Positions 1 through 7,656 of a stretch of 16,163 bases of DNA are shown one piece after another. The stretch is from a virus (Duplodnaviria; Heunggongvirae; Uroviricota; Caudoviricetes), in the IMG/VR virus record IMGVR_UViG_2744054628_000001; one strand, written 5' to 3'. The stretch's first letter is position 1. Every line of letters starts with the position of its first letter. The position numbers and the translations under genes are program-made. The notes under the pieces were generated by a model. That model ran no database searches, had not been told where the DNA came from, and was given only the letters and a program-made list of their open reading frames with translations.

Positions 1-44
1 TTTTTATTTCCATTACACAGCACCCGCATCTGCGAGGTGGGGTT

Positions 45-329
45 ATGAAATCCATGGATAAGTTAACAACGGGTGTCGCCTATGGCACCTCAGCAGGTAG
101 TGCCGGGTACTGGTTTTTACAGTTGCTCGATAAAGTCACGCCCTCACAGTGGGCGGCAATAGGTGTGCTGGGTAGTCTGGTACCGGATATTCTGGAACGT
201 GACTGCGGCCTGCAGCCTGCCGCTGTGAGCCGTGTTCAGTCCATTATTGATGATCTGCGCGATCAGATAGCCCTGCGGGTGACCGAAGCAGGTGCGGATG
301 ATGAGGAGGAATTACAGCAGGAGGAGTAA
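45..329 (+). CDS. Chimeric ORF: pinholin (phage 21 S / EssD-like) N-terminus with dual-start motif MKSMDK, TMD1 and half of TMD2 (to about nt 182), fused in frame to an acidic C-terminal tail resembling a small-terminase (Nu1-like) C-terminus
   Basis: Residues 1-46 ([26 protein letters not shown]...[11 protein letters not shown]) match the S21 pinholin signature from memory; the second TM helix is then replaced by PDILERD...[27 protein letters not shown]. Stop TAA 327-329 overlaps the terminase ATG 329-331. SD GAGGTGGGG lies upstream of ATG 45. Confidence 0.55.
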   Translation: MKSMDKLTTGVAYGTSAGSAGYWFLQLLDKVTPSQWAAIGVLGSLVPDILERDCGLQPAAVSRVQSIIDDLRDQIALRVTEAGADDEEELQQEE

Positions 330-2431
330 TGCTGAATCAGGAAACCGCAAAGGCAGCACGAACCGATTCAGGTTATATCCTTCGCGCACCGAGACGAATG
401 CTGGTTGCTGATGCCGTTGCTCAGTATATGCGGGTGCCCATGGGGGCCGGGAATTCAGTCCCGTGGGATCCGCTGGTGGCACCGTATGTTATTGAGCCGA
501 TGAACTGCCTGGCCTCGCGTGAATACGACGCAGTGATATTTGTTGGCCCGGCACGAACTGGCAAGACTATCGGCCTGATTGACGGCTGGGTGATTTACAA
601 TGTGATTTGCGATCCTGCTGATATGCTGATCATTCAGATGACGGAGGAAAAAGCCCGCGAACACTCCAAAAAACGACTTGCCAGAACGTTTCGCGTCAGC
701 CCGGAAGTGGTCAGTCGCCTGAGTCCGAACAAAAATGACAACAACGTTTATGACAGAACATTCCTTGCTGGCAACTACCTGAAAATCGGCTGGCCGTCAG
801 TCAATATCATGTCCTCATCAGATTATAAATGCGTGGCGCTGACGGATTATGACCGTTTTCCGGAAGATATTGATGGCGAGGGGGATGCCTTCTCTCTTGC
901 CTCAAAACGTACCACCACATTTATGTCCAGTGGTATGACGCTGGTGGAGAGTTCCCCCGGCAGGGATGTGAAGGATGTGAAATGGCGACGGACTTCACCG
1001 CATGAGGCTCCACCAACCACGGGGATACTGTCGCTCTATAACCGTGGCGATCGCCGTCGCTGGTACTGGCCCTGTCCACACTGTGGTGAGTATTTTCAGC
1101 CCTGCGGCGATGTGGTTGCTGGTTTCCGTGATATTGCCGATCCCGTGCTGGCAAGTGAGGCGGCTTATATTCAGTGTCCTTCCTGTTCAGGACGGATTAT
1201 GCCTGAACAAAAACGTGAGCTGAACGGACGTGGGGTCTGGTTGCGGGATGGTGAATCCATCAATGCGGATGGCAGTCGTTATGGTGATCCCCGACGCTCA
1301 CGTATTGCGTCATTCTGGATGGAGGGTCCGGCAGCTGCTTACCAGACACTCTCGCAACTCGTTTACAAACTGCTTACTGCAGAACAGGAATACGAGACAA
1401 CCGGAAGTGAAGAAACACTCAAGACGGTTATCAATACCGACTGGGGATTACCTTATCTTCCCCGTGCCAGCATGGAGCAACGAAAAAGTGAACTGCTTGA
1501 GCAGCGGGCAGAGCCAGTTCCTTCCCGCAGTGTGCCGGATGGCGTTAATTTCCTGGTGGCGACAGTTGATGTGCAGGCGGGACGTCATCGCCGTTTTGTG
1601 GTTCAGGTAACGGGCTATGGCAGCCGTGGCGAACGCTGGATTATTGATCGTTACAACATCACGCAGTCATTGCGCGGTGACAGCGACGGGGAGAGCCAGC
1701 GAATTGATCCGGCCAGCTATCCGGAAGACTGGGATGTCCTGCTGACGGATGTTTTTCATAAAAGCTGGCCGCTGGCCTCCGATCCTTCTCAACAAATGCG
1801 ACTGATGGCAATGGCGGTGGACTCCGGCGGTGAAGACGGGGTCACTGATAATGCCTATAAATTCTGGCGTCGTTGCCGTCGTGATGGCCTTGGTAAACGT
1901 ATTTACCTGTTTAAGGGCGACAGCATCCGGCGCGCAAAACTGATCACCCGTACATTCCCTGATAACACCGGACGAACGGGCCGACGGGCGCAGGCCGCAG
2001 GTGATGTGCCGCTCTGGCTTCTTCAGACGGATGCCCTGAAAGATCGGGTGAATAACGCGTTATGGCGTGACTCTCCAGGTCCCGGCTATGTGCATTTCCC
2101 TGACTGGCTGGGGAGCTGGTTTTACGACGAACTGACGTATGAAGAGCGGAGTAGTGACGGGAAATGGAGTAAGCCGGGTCGCGGTGCCAACGAAGCTTTT
2201 GACCTGATGGTGTATGCCGAGGCTCTGGTCATTCTGCATGGATACGAAAAGATCCGCTGGCCGGATGCACCGGAGTGGGCGAGCCGGGAAACCTGGCTGG
2301 AGTGTGTCCCGGACAGCACCGAACCGTCACCCTCACCGGAACCGGTATCCACGCCTGTTAAAAAACAAAAACGGAAGAAAACAGTAACTGACGATGTTAA
2401 CCCCTGGCTGACTTCCGGAGGATGGTTATGA
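329..2431 (+). CDS. Terminase large subunit (lambda gpA-like)
   Basis: 700 aa ORF; Walker A/P-loop GPARTGKT (nt 545-568); Cys4 motif WYWPCPHCGEYFQPCGD...CPSCSG resembling the CPHCGE region of lambda gpA; AGGAGG SD 4 nt upstream of the ATG. Confidence 0.93.
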   Translation: MLNQETAKAARTDSGYILRAPRRMLVADAVAQYMRVPMGAGNSVPWDPLVAPYVIEPMNCLASREYDAVIFVGPARTGKTIGLIDGWVIYNVICDPADMLIIQMTEEKAREHSKKRLARTFRVSPEVVSRLSPNKNDNNVYDRTFLAGNYLKIGWPSVNIMSSSDYKCVALTDYDRFPEDIDGEGDAFSLASKRTTTFMSSGMTLVESSPGRDVKDVKWRRTSPHEAPPTTGILSLYNRGDRRRWYWPCPHCGEYFQPCGDVVAGFRDIADPVLASEAAYIQCPSCSGRIMPEQKRELNGRGVWLRDGESINADGSRYGDPRRSRIASFWMEGPAAAYQTLSQLVYKLLTAEQEYETTGSEETLKTVINTDWGLPYLPRASMEQRKSELLEQRAEPVPSRSVPDGVNFLVATVDVQAGRHRRFVVQVTGYGSRGERWIIDRYNITQSLRGDSDGESQRIDPASYPEDWDVLLTDVFHKSWPLASDPSQQMRLMAMAVDSGGEDGVTDNAYKFWRRCRRDGLGKRIYLFKGDSIRRAKLITRTFPDNTGRTGRRAQAAGDVPLWLLQTDALKDRVNNALWRDSPGPGYVHFPDWLGSWFYDELTYEERSSDGKWSKPGRGANEAFDLMVYAEALVILHGYEKIRWPDAPEWASRETWLECVPDSTEPSPSPEPVSTPVKKQKRKKTVTDDVNPWLTSGGWL

Positions 2432-2640
2432 ACCAGAATGATATCGAAGCCATGATTCAGCGTTATACGGAAGCTGAAATGGCGGTGCTGGACGGAAAAT
2501 CCGTCACCTTTAATGGTCAGCAGATGACAATGGAAAACTTATCTGAGATCCGGCAGGGACGGCAGGAGTGGGAGCGCCGCCTTGCGGCTCTGATTACACG
2601 ACGACGGGGGCATCCCGGGTACCGGCTGGCGAGGTTCTGA
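2428..2640 (+). CDS. W: Head-tail joining / head completion protein (gpW-like)
   Basis: About 70 aa ORF between terminase and portal, the position of lambda W; RRRG motif near the C-terminus as in gpW. GGAGG at 2417-2421 favours ATG 2428 over ATG 2422. Stop TGA 2638-2640 overlaps the portal ATG. Confidence 0.65.
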   Translation: MNQNDIEAMIQRYTEAEMAVLDGKSVTFNGQQMTMENLSEIRQGRQEWERRLAALITRRRGHPGYRLARF

Positions 2641-4109
2641 TGGCAATTCTTGATGATGTGATTGGCGTTTTTTCACCAGGATGGAAAGCGGCAAGGCTGC
2701 GTTCCCGTGCGGTGATCCAGGCTTATGAGGCCGTAAAAACGACGCGGACACACAAAGCCCGGCGGGAAAACCGAACTGCCGACCAGTTAAGCCAGTACGG
2801 GGCCGTGTCGTTACGTGAGCAGGCCCGTTACCTTGATAACAACCACGATCTGGTTATTGGTGTATTTGACAAGCTGGAAGAACGGGTGGTGGGGAAAAAC
2901 GGGATTATTGTCGAGCCACATCCGGTATTACGCAATGGGGCCATTGCCCGTGACCTGGCTGCGGAGATTCGCACCCGATGGAGTGAATGGTCTGTCAGCC
3001 CGGAAGTCACCGGGCAGTTTACCCGTCCGATGCTGGAACGTCTGATGCTGCGTACCTGGCTGCGCGATGGTGAGGTGTTTGCCCAGATGGTTTCCGGGCG
3101 CATAAACAGCCTGACGCCTTCTGCCGGTGTTCATTTCTGGCTGGAGGCGCTCGAGCCGGACTTTATTCCCATGACCAGTGATGAGAGCAACAGGCTGAAT
3201 CAGGGCGTGTTTGTTGATGACTGGGGGCGTCCCGAAAAATATCTGGTGTATAAAAGCCGTCCCGTATCCGGACGGCAGATGGAAACCAAAGAAGTGGATG
3301 CAGAGCGAATGCTGCATCTTAAATTTGTTCGCCGTCTGCACCAGATGCGCGGGACGTCTTTATTGTCCGGTGTGCTGATCCGCCTCAGTGCTCTGAAAGA
3401 GTATGAAGATTCTGAGCTGACTGCAGCAAGGATCGCCGCTGCTCTGGGGATGTACATCCGGAAAGGCGACGGGCAGAGCTATGAACCGGATGGTAATGGC
3501 AGCAAGGATAAGGAACGCGAGCTTACCATTCAGCCAGGCATTATTTACGATGATCTGAAACCCGGCGAAGAAATCGGAATGGTGAAGTCGGATCGCCCCA
3601 ATCCTAACCTTGAAACTTTTCGTAATGGTCAGTTGCGTGCCGTGGCGGCGGGCAGTCGTCTGAGTTTTTCCAGTACAGCGCGCAACTATAACGGCACTTA
3701 CAGTGCCCAGCGTCAGGAGCTGGTTGAATCCACTGATGGCTACCTGATCCTGCAGGACTGGTTTATTGGTGCCGTCACCCGTCCGATGTATCGTGCCTGG
3801 CTGAAACAGGCTGTGGCATCCGGTGTTATCAGGCTACCCCGCGATCTTGACCGTTCTTCACTGTATACCGCGGTGTATTCCGGACCGGTGATGCCGTGGA
3901 TTGACCCTGTTAAGGAGGCTGAGGCCTGGAAAATCCAGATTCGTGGTGGAGCGGCGACAGAATCAGACTGGGTACGTGCTGGTGGTCGTAATCCGGATGA
4001 TGTCAAACGTCGGCGCAAGGCCGAAATTGATGAAAACCGCAAACTGGATCTGGTATTTGATACCGATCCGGCCAGTGATAAAGGAGGCAGCAGTGCCGCA
4101 ACGAAATGA
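2640..4109 (+). CDS. Portal protein
   Basis: 489 aa ORF directly after terminase and W, start ATG 2640 overlapping the W stop (TGATG). Size and position are typical of a portal; I cannot align it to lambda gpB from memory, so the family assignment is by synteny. Confidence 0.85.
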   Translation: MAILDDVIGVFSPGWKAARLRSRAVIQAYEAVKTTRTHKARRENRTADQLSQYGAVSLREQARYLDNNHDLVIGVFDKLEERVVGKNGIIVEPHPVLRNGAIARDLAAEIRTRWSEWSVSPEVTGQFTRPMLERLMLRTWLRDGEVFAQMVSGRINSLTPSAGVHFWLEALEPDFIPMTSDESNRLNQGVFVDDWGRPEKYLVYKSRPVSGRQMETKEVDAERMLHLKFVRRLHQMRGTSLLSGVLIRLSALKEYEDSELTAARIAAALGMYIRKGDGQSYEPDGNGSKDKERELTIQPGIIYDDLKPGEEIGMVKSDRPNPNLETFRNGQLRAVAAGSRLSFSSTARNYNGTYSAQRQELVESTDGYLILQDWFIGAVTRPMYRAWLKQAVASGVIRLPRDLDRSSLYTAVYSGPVMPWIDPVKEAEAWKIQIRGGAATESDWVRAGGRNPDDVKRRRKAEIDENRKLDLVFDTDPASDKGGSSAATK

Positions 4110-6120
4110 CAGGAGCCGCAGCACACCGACGACCAGTCCGAAGAATAATTCCTGGTTCAGGATGCAGGCTGGTCACCAGAGTGACGCGGATATTTATATT
4201 TATGACGAGATTGGTTTCTGGGGTGTTACAGCGAAGCAGTTTATCAGTGATCTGAATGCACTGGGCGATATCACCCACATTAATCTCCATATTAATTCAC
4301 CGGGTGGCGATGTCTTTGAAGGCATCGCCATTTTTAATGCGCTGAAAACACATGGTGCGTCCATTACCGTTTATGTCGACGGTGTGGCGGCGTCAATGGC
4401 GTCGGTCATTGCGATGGTGGGAACCCCGGTCATTATGCCGGAAAACACCTTCATGATGATTCATAAACCATTTGGCTTTACGGGCGGTGATGCGGAGGAC
4501 ATGCGCACCTATGCCGACCTGCTCGATAAAGTTGAGGCGGTTCTGTTACCCGCTTATGCACAGAAAACCGGGAAAACCACCGATGAAATTGCTGCCATGC
4601 TGGCGGATGAGACCTGGATGTCCGGTGCCGAATGTCTGGCACATGGATTTGCTGATCAGGTAACGCCAGCCGTTAAGGCAATGGCATGTATTCAGTCAAA
4701 ACGTACAGAGGAATTTAAAAAGATGCCGGAATCCATTCGAAACATGATTACTCCGCCACGCAACAGTGCTCCACGCGTACAGGATGATGAACCTGCAGCC
4801 TCCCGGACGCCAGTGCAGGCAGCAGCACCCGTGGTGGATGAAAACAGTATCCGTGCGCAGGTACTGGCAGAGCAAAAAGCGCGTGTAAACGGTATTAATG
4901 ATCTGTTTGCCATGTTTGGCGGGCGTTATCAGACGCTGCAGGCCCAGTGTCTTGCCGATCCTGAATGTTCGCTGGAGCAGGCCCGCGAAAAGTTGTTGAA
5001 CGAGATGGGGCGCGAGTCCACGCCATCCAATAAAAATACCCCGGCTCATATTTATGCCGGTAACGGTAATTTTGTGGGGGACGGGATCCGCCAGGCGCTG
5101 ATGGCGCGTGCCGGATTTGAAAAAACCGAACGTGATAATGTCTACAACGGGATGACCCTGCGTGAATATGCCCGTATGTCACTGACTGAACGGGGTATTG
5201 GGGTTTCCGGTTATAACCCGATGCAGATGGTCGGTGCGGCGTTCACACACAGTACGTCTGACTTCGGTAATATTCTGCTGGATGTTGCGAACAAAGCCAT
5301 TCTGCAGGGCTGGGAAGATGCCCCTGAAACCTATGAACAGTGGACGCGGAAAGGTCAGTTGTCTGATTTTAAAATTGCCCATCGTGTGGGTATGGGGGGC
5401 TTCAGTGCTCTGCGTCAGGTGCGTGAAGGGGCGGAATATAAATACGTCACCACCGGAGATAAACAGGCCACTATTGCACTGGCGACCTATGGCGAGCTGT
5501 TCAGTATCACCCGTCAGGCCATTATCAATGATGATCTGAATATGCTGACCGATGTCCCGATGAAGCTGGGCCGTGCGGCGAAATCCACTATTGCCGATCT
5601 GGTTTATGCCATTCTGACGTCTAACCCGAAAATCTCCACAGATAATGTAAGTCTGTTCGATAAAGCGAAACATGCAAACGTACTGGAGAGCGCTGCAATG
5701 GACGTGGCATCGCTGGATAAAGCCCGCCAGTTGATGCGCGTTCAGAAAGAGGGGGAGCGTCATCTGAATATTCGTCCTGCGTTCGTACTGGTACCGACGG
5801 CGATGGAGTCTGTTGCTAACCAGGTCATTCGCTCCTCAAGTGTCAAGGGGGCTGACATTAACGCCGGTATTATTAACCCGGTGAAAGATTTTGCGACCGT
5901 TATTGCAGAGCCTCGTCTTGATGATAACAGCCAGACCACCTTCTACCTGGCTGCGTCAAAAGGCTCCGATACGATTGAAGTGGCTTATCTCAACGGTGTG
6001 GATACGCCATATATTGATCAGATGGAGGGCTTCAGTGTGGATGGCGTGACAACGAAAGTGCGTATTGACGCCGGTGTCGCGCCAGTTGATCACCGCGGTC
6101 TGGTGAAATGTACGGCGTAA
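4093..6120 (+). CDS. Prohead protease (ClpP/S14-like) - linker/scaffold - major capsid protein fusion
   Basis: N-terminal ClpP-like domain with candidate catalytic Ser (GVAASMASV) and His (MMIHKPFG); long C-terminal domain in the major capsid position. Start GTG 4093 chosen for the AAGGAGG SD at 4081-4087 (5 nt spacer); alternative ATG at 4162. The in-frame ORF upstream to 3901 overlaps the portal and is rejected. Confidence 0.8.
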   Translation: MPQRNDRSRSTPTTSPKNNSWFRMQAGHQSDADIYIYDEIGFWGVTAKQFISDLNALGDITHINLHINSPGGDVFEGIAIFNALKTHGASITVYVDGVAASMASVIAMVGTPVIMPENTFMMIHKPFGFTGGDAEDMRTYADLLDKVEAVLLPAYAQKTGKTTDEIAAMLADETWMSGAECLAHGFADQVTPAVKAMACIQSKRTEEFKKMPESIRNMITPPRNSAPRVQDDEPAASRTPVQAAAPVVDENSIRAQVLAEQKARVNGINDLFAMFGGRYQTLQAQCLADPECSLEQAREKLLNEMGRESTPSNKNTPAHIYAGNGNFVGDGIRQALMARAGFEKTERDNVYNGMTLREYARMSLTERGIGVSGYNPMQMVGAAFTHSTSDFGNILLDVANKAILQGWEDAPETYEQWTRKGQLSDFKIAHRVGMGGFSALRQVREGAEYKYVTTGDKQATIALATYGELFSITRQAIINDDLNMLTDVPMKLGRAAKSTIADLVYAILTSNPKISTDNVSLFDKAKHANVLESAAMDVASLDKARQLMRVQKEGERHLNIRPAFVLVPTAMESVANQVIRSSSVKGADINAGIINPVKDFATVIAEPRLDDNSQTTFYLAASKGSDTIEVAYLNGVDTPYIDQMEGFSVDGVTTKVRIDAGVAPVDHRGLVKCTA

Positions 6121-6143
6121 ACGTCGCAGACAACAACTCTGAT

Positions 6144-6163
6144 GGCCCGTAAGGGCTTTTTTT
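6144..6163 (+). terminator. Intrinsic terminator-like hairpin after the capsid gene
   Basis: GGCCC-GTAA-GGGC stem-loop (6144-6156) followed by T7 (6157-6163), 24 nt after the capsid stop TAA 6118-6120. Confidence 0.55.
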
Positions 6164-6206
6164 GTACCTGAAATCAGCCCCTGAACGGGGCTGTGCGGAG
6201 ACAGTT

Positions 6207-6530
6207 ATGGCAAAGAATTTTGTAGAAGAAGGAAAAACGGTGGCGATTGTTGCCAGTGCAGCCATCAGCAGCGGAGATCTGGTGCAGGTGGGTGATGTTT
6301 TTGCGGTGGCGCTGACCGATATTCCACAGGGTGAAACAGGCGACGGCATGACCGAAGGTGTGTTTATGCTGTCTAAGCTGAAAACGGATGACATGAAAAC
6401 GGGTAAGAAGGTTTATCTGAAGTCCGGAAAAGTTCAGCTGACTAACAGCGGCTCTGATCCGCTGGTCGGGGTTGTCTGGGCAGATGCCGGAACCAGTGCA
6501 GAAGAAGTGCCGGTAAAACTCAATGTCTGA
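6207..6530 (+). CDS. DUF2190-family phage head protein (possible decoration/cement protein)
   Basis: 107 aa; begins MAKNFVEEGKTV..., which I recognise as the DUF2190 family pattern; GGAG at 6197-6200 with a 6 nt spacer to ATG 6207. The track ORF start at 6162 lacks an SD. Confidence 0.6.
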   Translation: MAKNFVEEGKTVAIVASAAISSGDLVQVGDVFAVALTDIPQGETGDGMTEGVFMLSKLKTDDMKTGKKVYLKSGKVQLTNSGSDPLVGVVWADAGTSAEEVPVKLNV

Positions 6531-6693
6531 TCCCTTTTCCCGGCTGGCAGCGCGTATGGATGCGATCACGGTCAGAAAGATGGGAAAGACAGCCTCGATT
6601 AATGATGCCGATATGACTGTGATCCCGGGAGAAACACTGGCAGAGCTGAATGCTCTGTCCGGACCTGCGGTCTCTCTGGTGGTGTTTTCTTCG
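6523..6693 (+). pseudogene. FII: Head-tail attachment protein gpFII-like, N-terminal fragment (about 57 codons) ending at the inversion breakpoint
   Basis: ATG 6523 overlaps the DUF2190 stop (ATGTCTGA). MSDPFSRLAARMDAI...GPAVSLVVFS resembles the lambda FII N-terminus (MADFDNLFDAAIARAD...SPSLFV). Past about nt 6690 the frame reads antisense through the inverted H fragment. Confidence 0.5.
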
Positions 6694-6900
6694 GGATGCG
6701 GCTGTTGCAGCCGAAGAAGCCGCCTGCATTGTCTGCCGGGCGGCCTGAGTCTGACGCTCCATAAAACGCTGCATACGGGCAGAAGACCGTTCTGCATCGC
6801 TGGCTGCACCATTCAGAAGGTTTTTGATACGGGGAATTTCATTTTTAAACTCTGCCGCATCAATCCCCAAATCAATGACCAGGTTGGCTATCTGGTCCAT
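6694..6900 (-). pseudogene. H: Tail tape measure protein gpH-like, N-terminal fragment (about 69 codons), inverted relative to the rest of H
   Basis: Minus-strand ATG at 6900 with SD GGAGGTG and a 6 nt spacer; MDQIANLVIDLGIDAAEFKNE...SDAERSS... resembles the lambda H N-terminus (..GDLVVDLSLDAARFDEQ...SDAKK..). It lies directly downstream of the T-frame stop, as H does in lambda. Confidence 0.6.
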
Positions 6901-7222
6901 AACGCACACCTCCGGAAATACCTTCCCCAAGATGCATCAGTTCTTCGTCCGTTCGCTCCGGTATCCCGTTCTCTTCCGGTAAAAGGCTGAAATCAGCCAC
7001 CGCAGCATCACTGCTGCCGGACACCATTCTCACGATCAATGCCTTCAGCGAGGCAAACTGCGCATCCATCCACACATCACTGAAGCTCTGCATCCGGAAA
7101 TAATCGCCCCATTCACCAAGCTCAGTGGCCGACATTTCCGACAGCATCCGCCGCCAGTCTGCCCGCCGGAACTCCCGGGCAAGCCGCATGACAAACTGCA
7201 TTTCCCGTGTCAGGACTTTTCC
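6872..7222 (-). CDS. T: gpT-like -1 frame extension of the tail assembly chaperone (made as a G-T fusion by programmed frameshift); no independent start expected
   Basis: Open -1 frame relative to G, running from the end of G to the stop at 6872-6874; position between G and H as in lambda. Confidence 0.7.
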   Translation of the reverse strand, partial: GKVLTREMQFVMRLAREFRRADWRRMLSEMSATELGEWGDYFRMQSFSDVWMDAQFASLKALIVRMVSGSSDAAVADFSLLPEENGIPERTDEELMHLGEGISGGVRYGPDSQPGH

Positions 7223-7596
7223 GGCGTCAGCACCTCATGCTCCAAATCCCCGGCATTCTCAATGGCTCCCATACCGCTCAGCGACAGAACCATCTCCGCC
7301 CCCGCTCCCAGGGCATCATACGACCATGTTGTAATAACGGATGCGCAAAGCGTCTCAACATCCTGAGACTGTTCCGCATTCCACAGTGAGCGGGAAACCA
7401 GCCAGGCATTGATATCCATCCCCATCCGCAGAAAAGCAATCTGTCGTTCAGCCTCCGGCAGTTCTCCCTCTTCGGCATCAAACTTTGCCGTTCGCTGCTG
7501 AACAAACGCCAGATATTCAATTCTCTGCAGCCCGGACAGCTCACTGAGCACCACGGACTGCTTTTCATAATTAAACGAGCCCTGTTTCAGAAACAT
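7210..7596 (-). CDS. G: Tail assembly chaperone gpG
   Basis: MFLKQGSFNYEKQSVVLSELSGLQRIEYLA resembles lambda G (MFLKTESFEH..TLSELSALQRIEHLA); SD GGTGGAG upstream with a 6 nt spacer (alternative ATG 7599). Confidence 0.85.
   Translation of the reverse strand: MFLKQGSFNYEKQSVVLSELSGLQRIEYLAFVQQRTAKFDAEEGELPEAERQIAFLRMGMDINAWLVSRSLWNAEQSQDVETLCASVITTWSYDALGAGAEMVLSLSGMGAIENAGDLEHEVLTPEKS
7216..7222 (-). promoter_or_regulatory. Candidate -1 programmed ribosomal frameshift site (G GAA AAG on the minus strand) for G-T fusion synthesis
   Basis: Heptamer GGAAAAG in the 0 frame of G, 4 codons before the G stop and inside the short overlap where the T frame is open; analogous to the lambda G-T site G GGA AAG. 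Confidence 0.45.
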
Positions 7597-7612
7597 CATG
7601 TTCTCCACCTGC

Positions 7613-7636
7613 AAAAAAGCCCCGGATAACCGGGGC
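7613..7636 (-). terminator. Intrinsic terminator on the minus strand between V and G
   Basis: On the minus strand: GCCCCGG-TTAT-CCGGGGC, a perfect 7 bp GC stem, followed by T6, between the V stop (7657-7659) and the G start. Confidence 0.7.
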
Positions 7637-7656
7637 AAATGATGAGTATCGTCCTG

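Noticed and set aside
179-184. KpnI site (GGTACC) exactly at the holin/acidic-tail junction as a sign of in vitro construction
   Set aside because: GGTACC also occurs elsewhere in the window (2618-2623), so a 6-mer at the junction is well within chance; noted but not claimed.
3901-4092. Upstream in-frame extension of the protease-capsid ORF (start at 3901)
   Set aside because: It overlaps the portal 3' end in another frame with no SD; GTG 4093 has a strong AAGGAGG SD and sits at the portal stop.
5179-5763. 194 aa minus-strand ORF inside the capsid gene
   Set aside because: Antisense to the protease-capsid ORF; spurious.
6174-6990. Long ORFs antisense to DUF2190, FII-N, H-N and T (6174-6812 minus; 6523-6990 plus beyond about 6693)
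   Set aside because: Only the first 57 or so codons of the plus ORF look like real coding sequence (FII); the rest reads antisense through rearranged genes.
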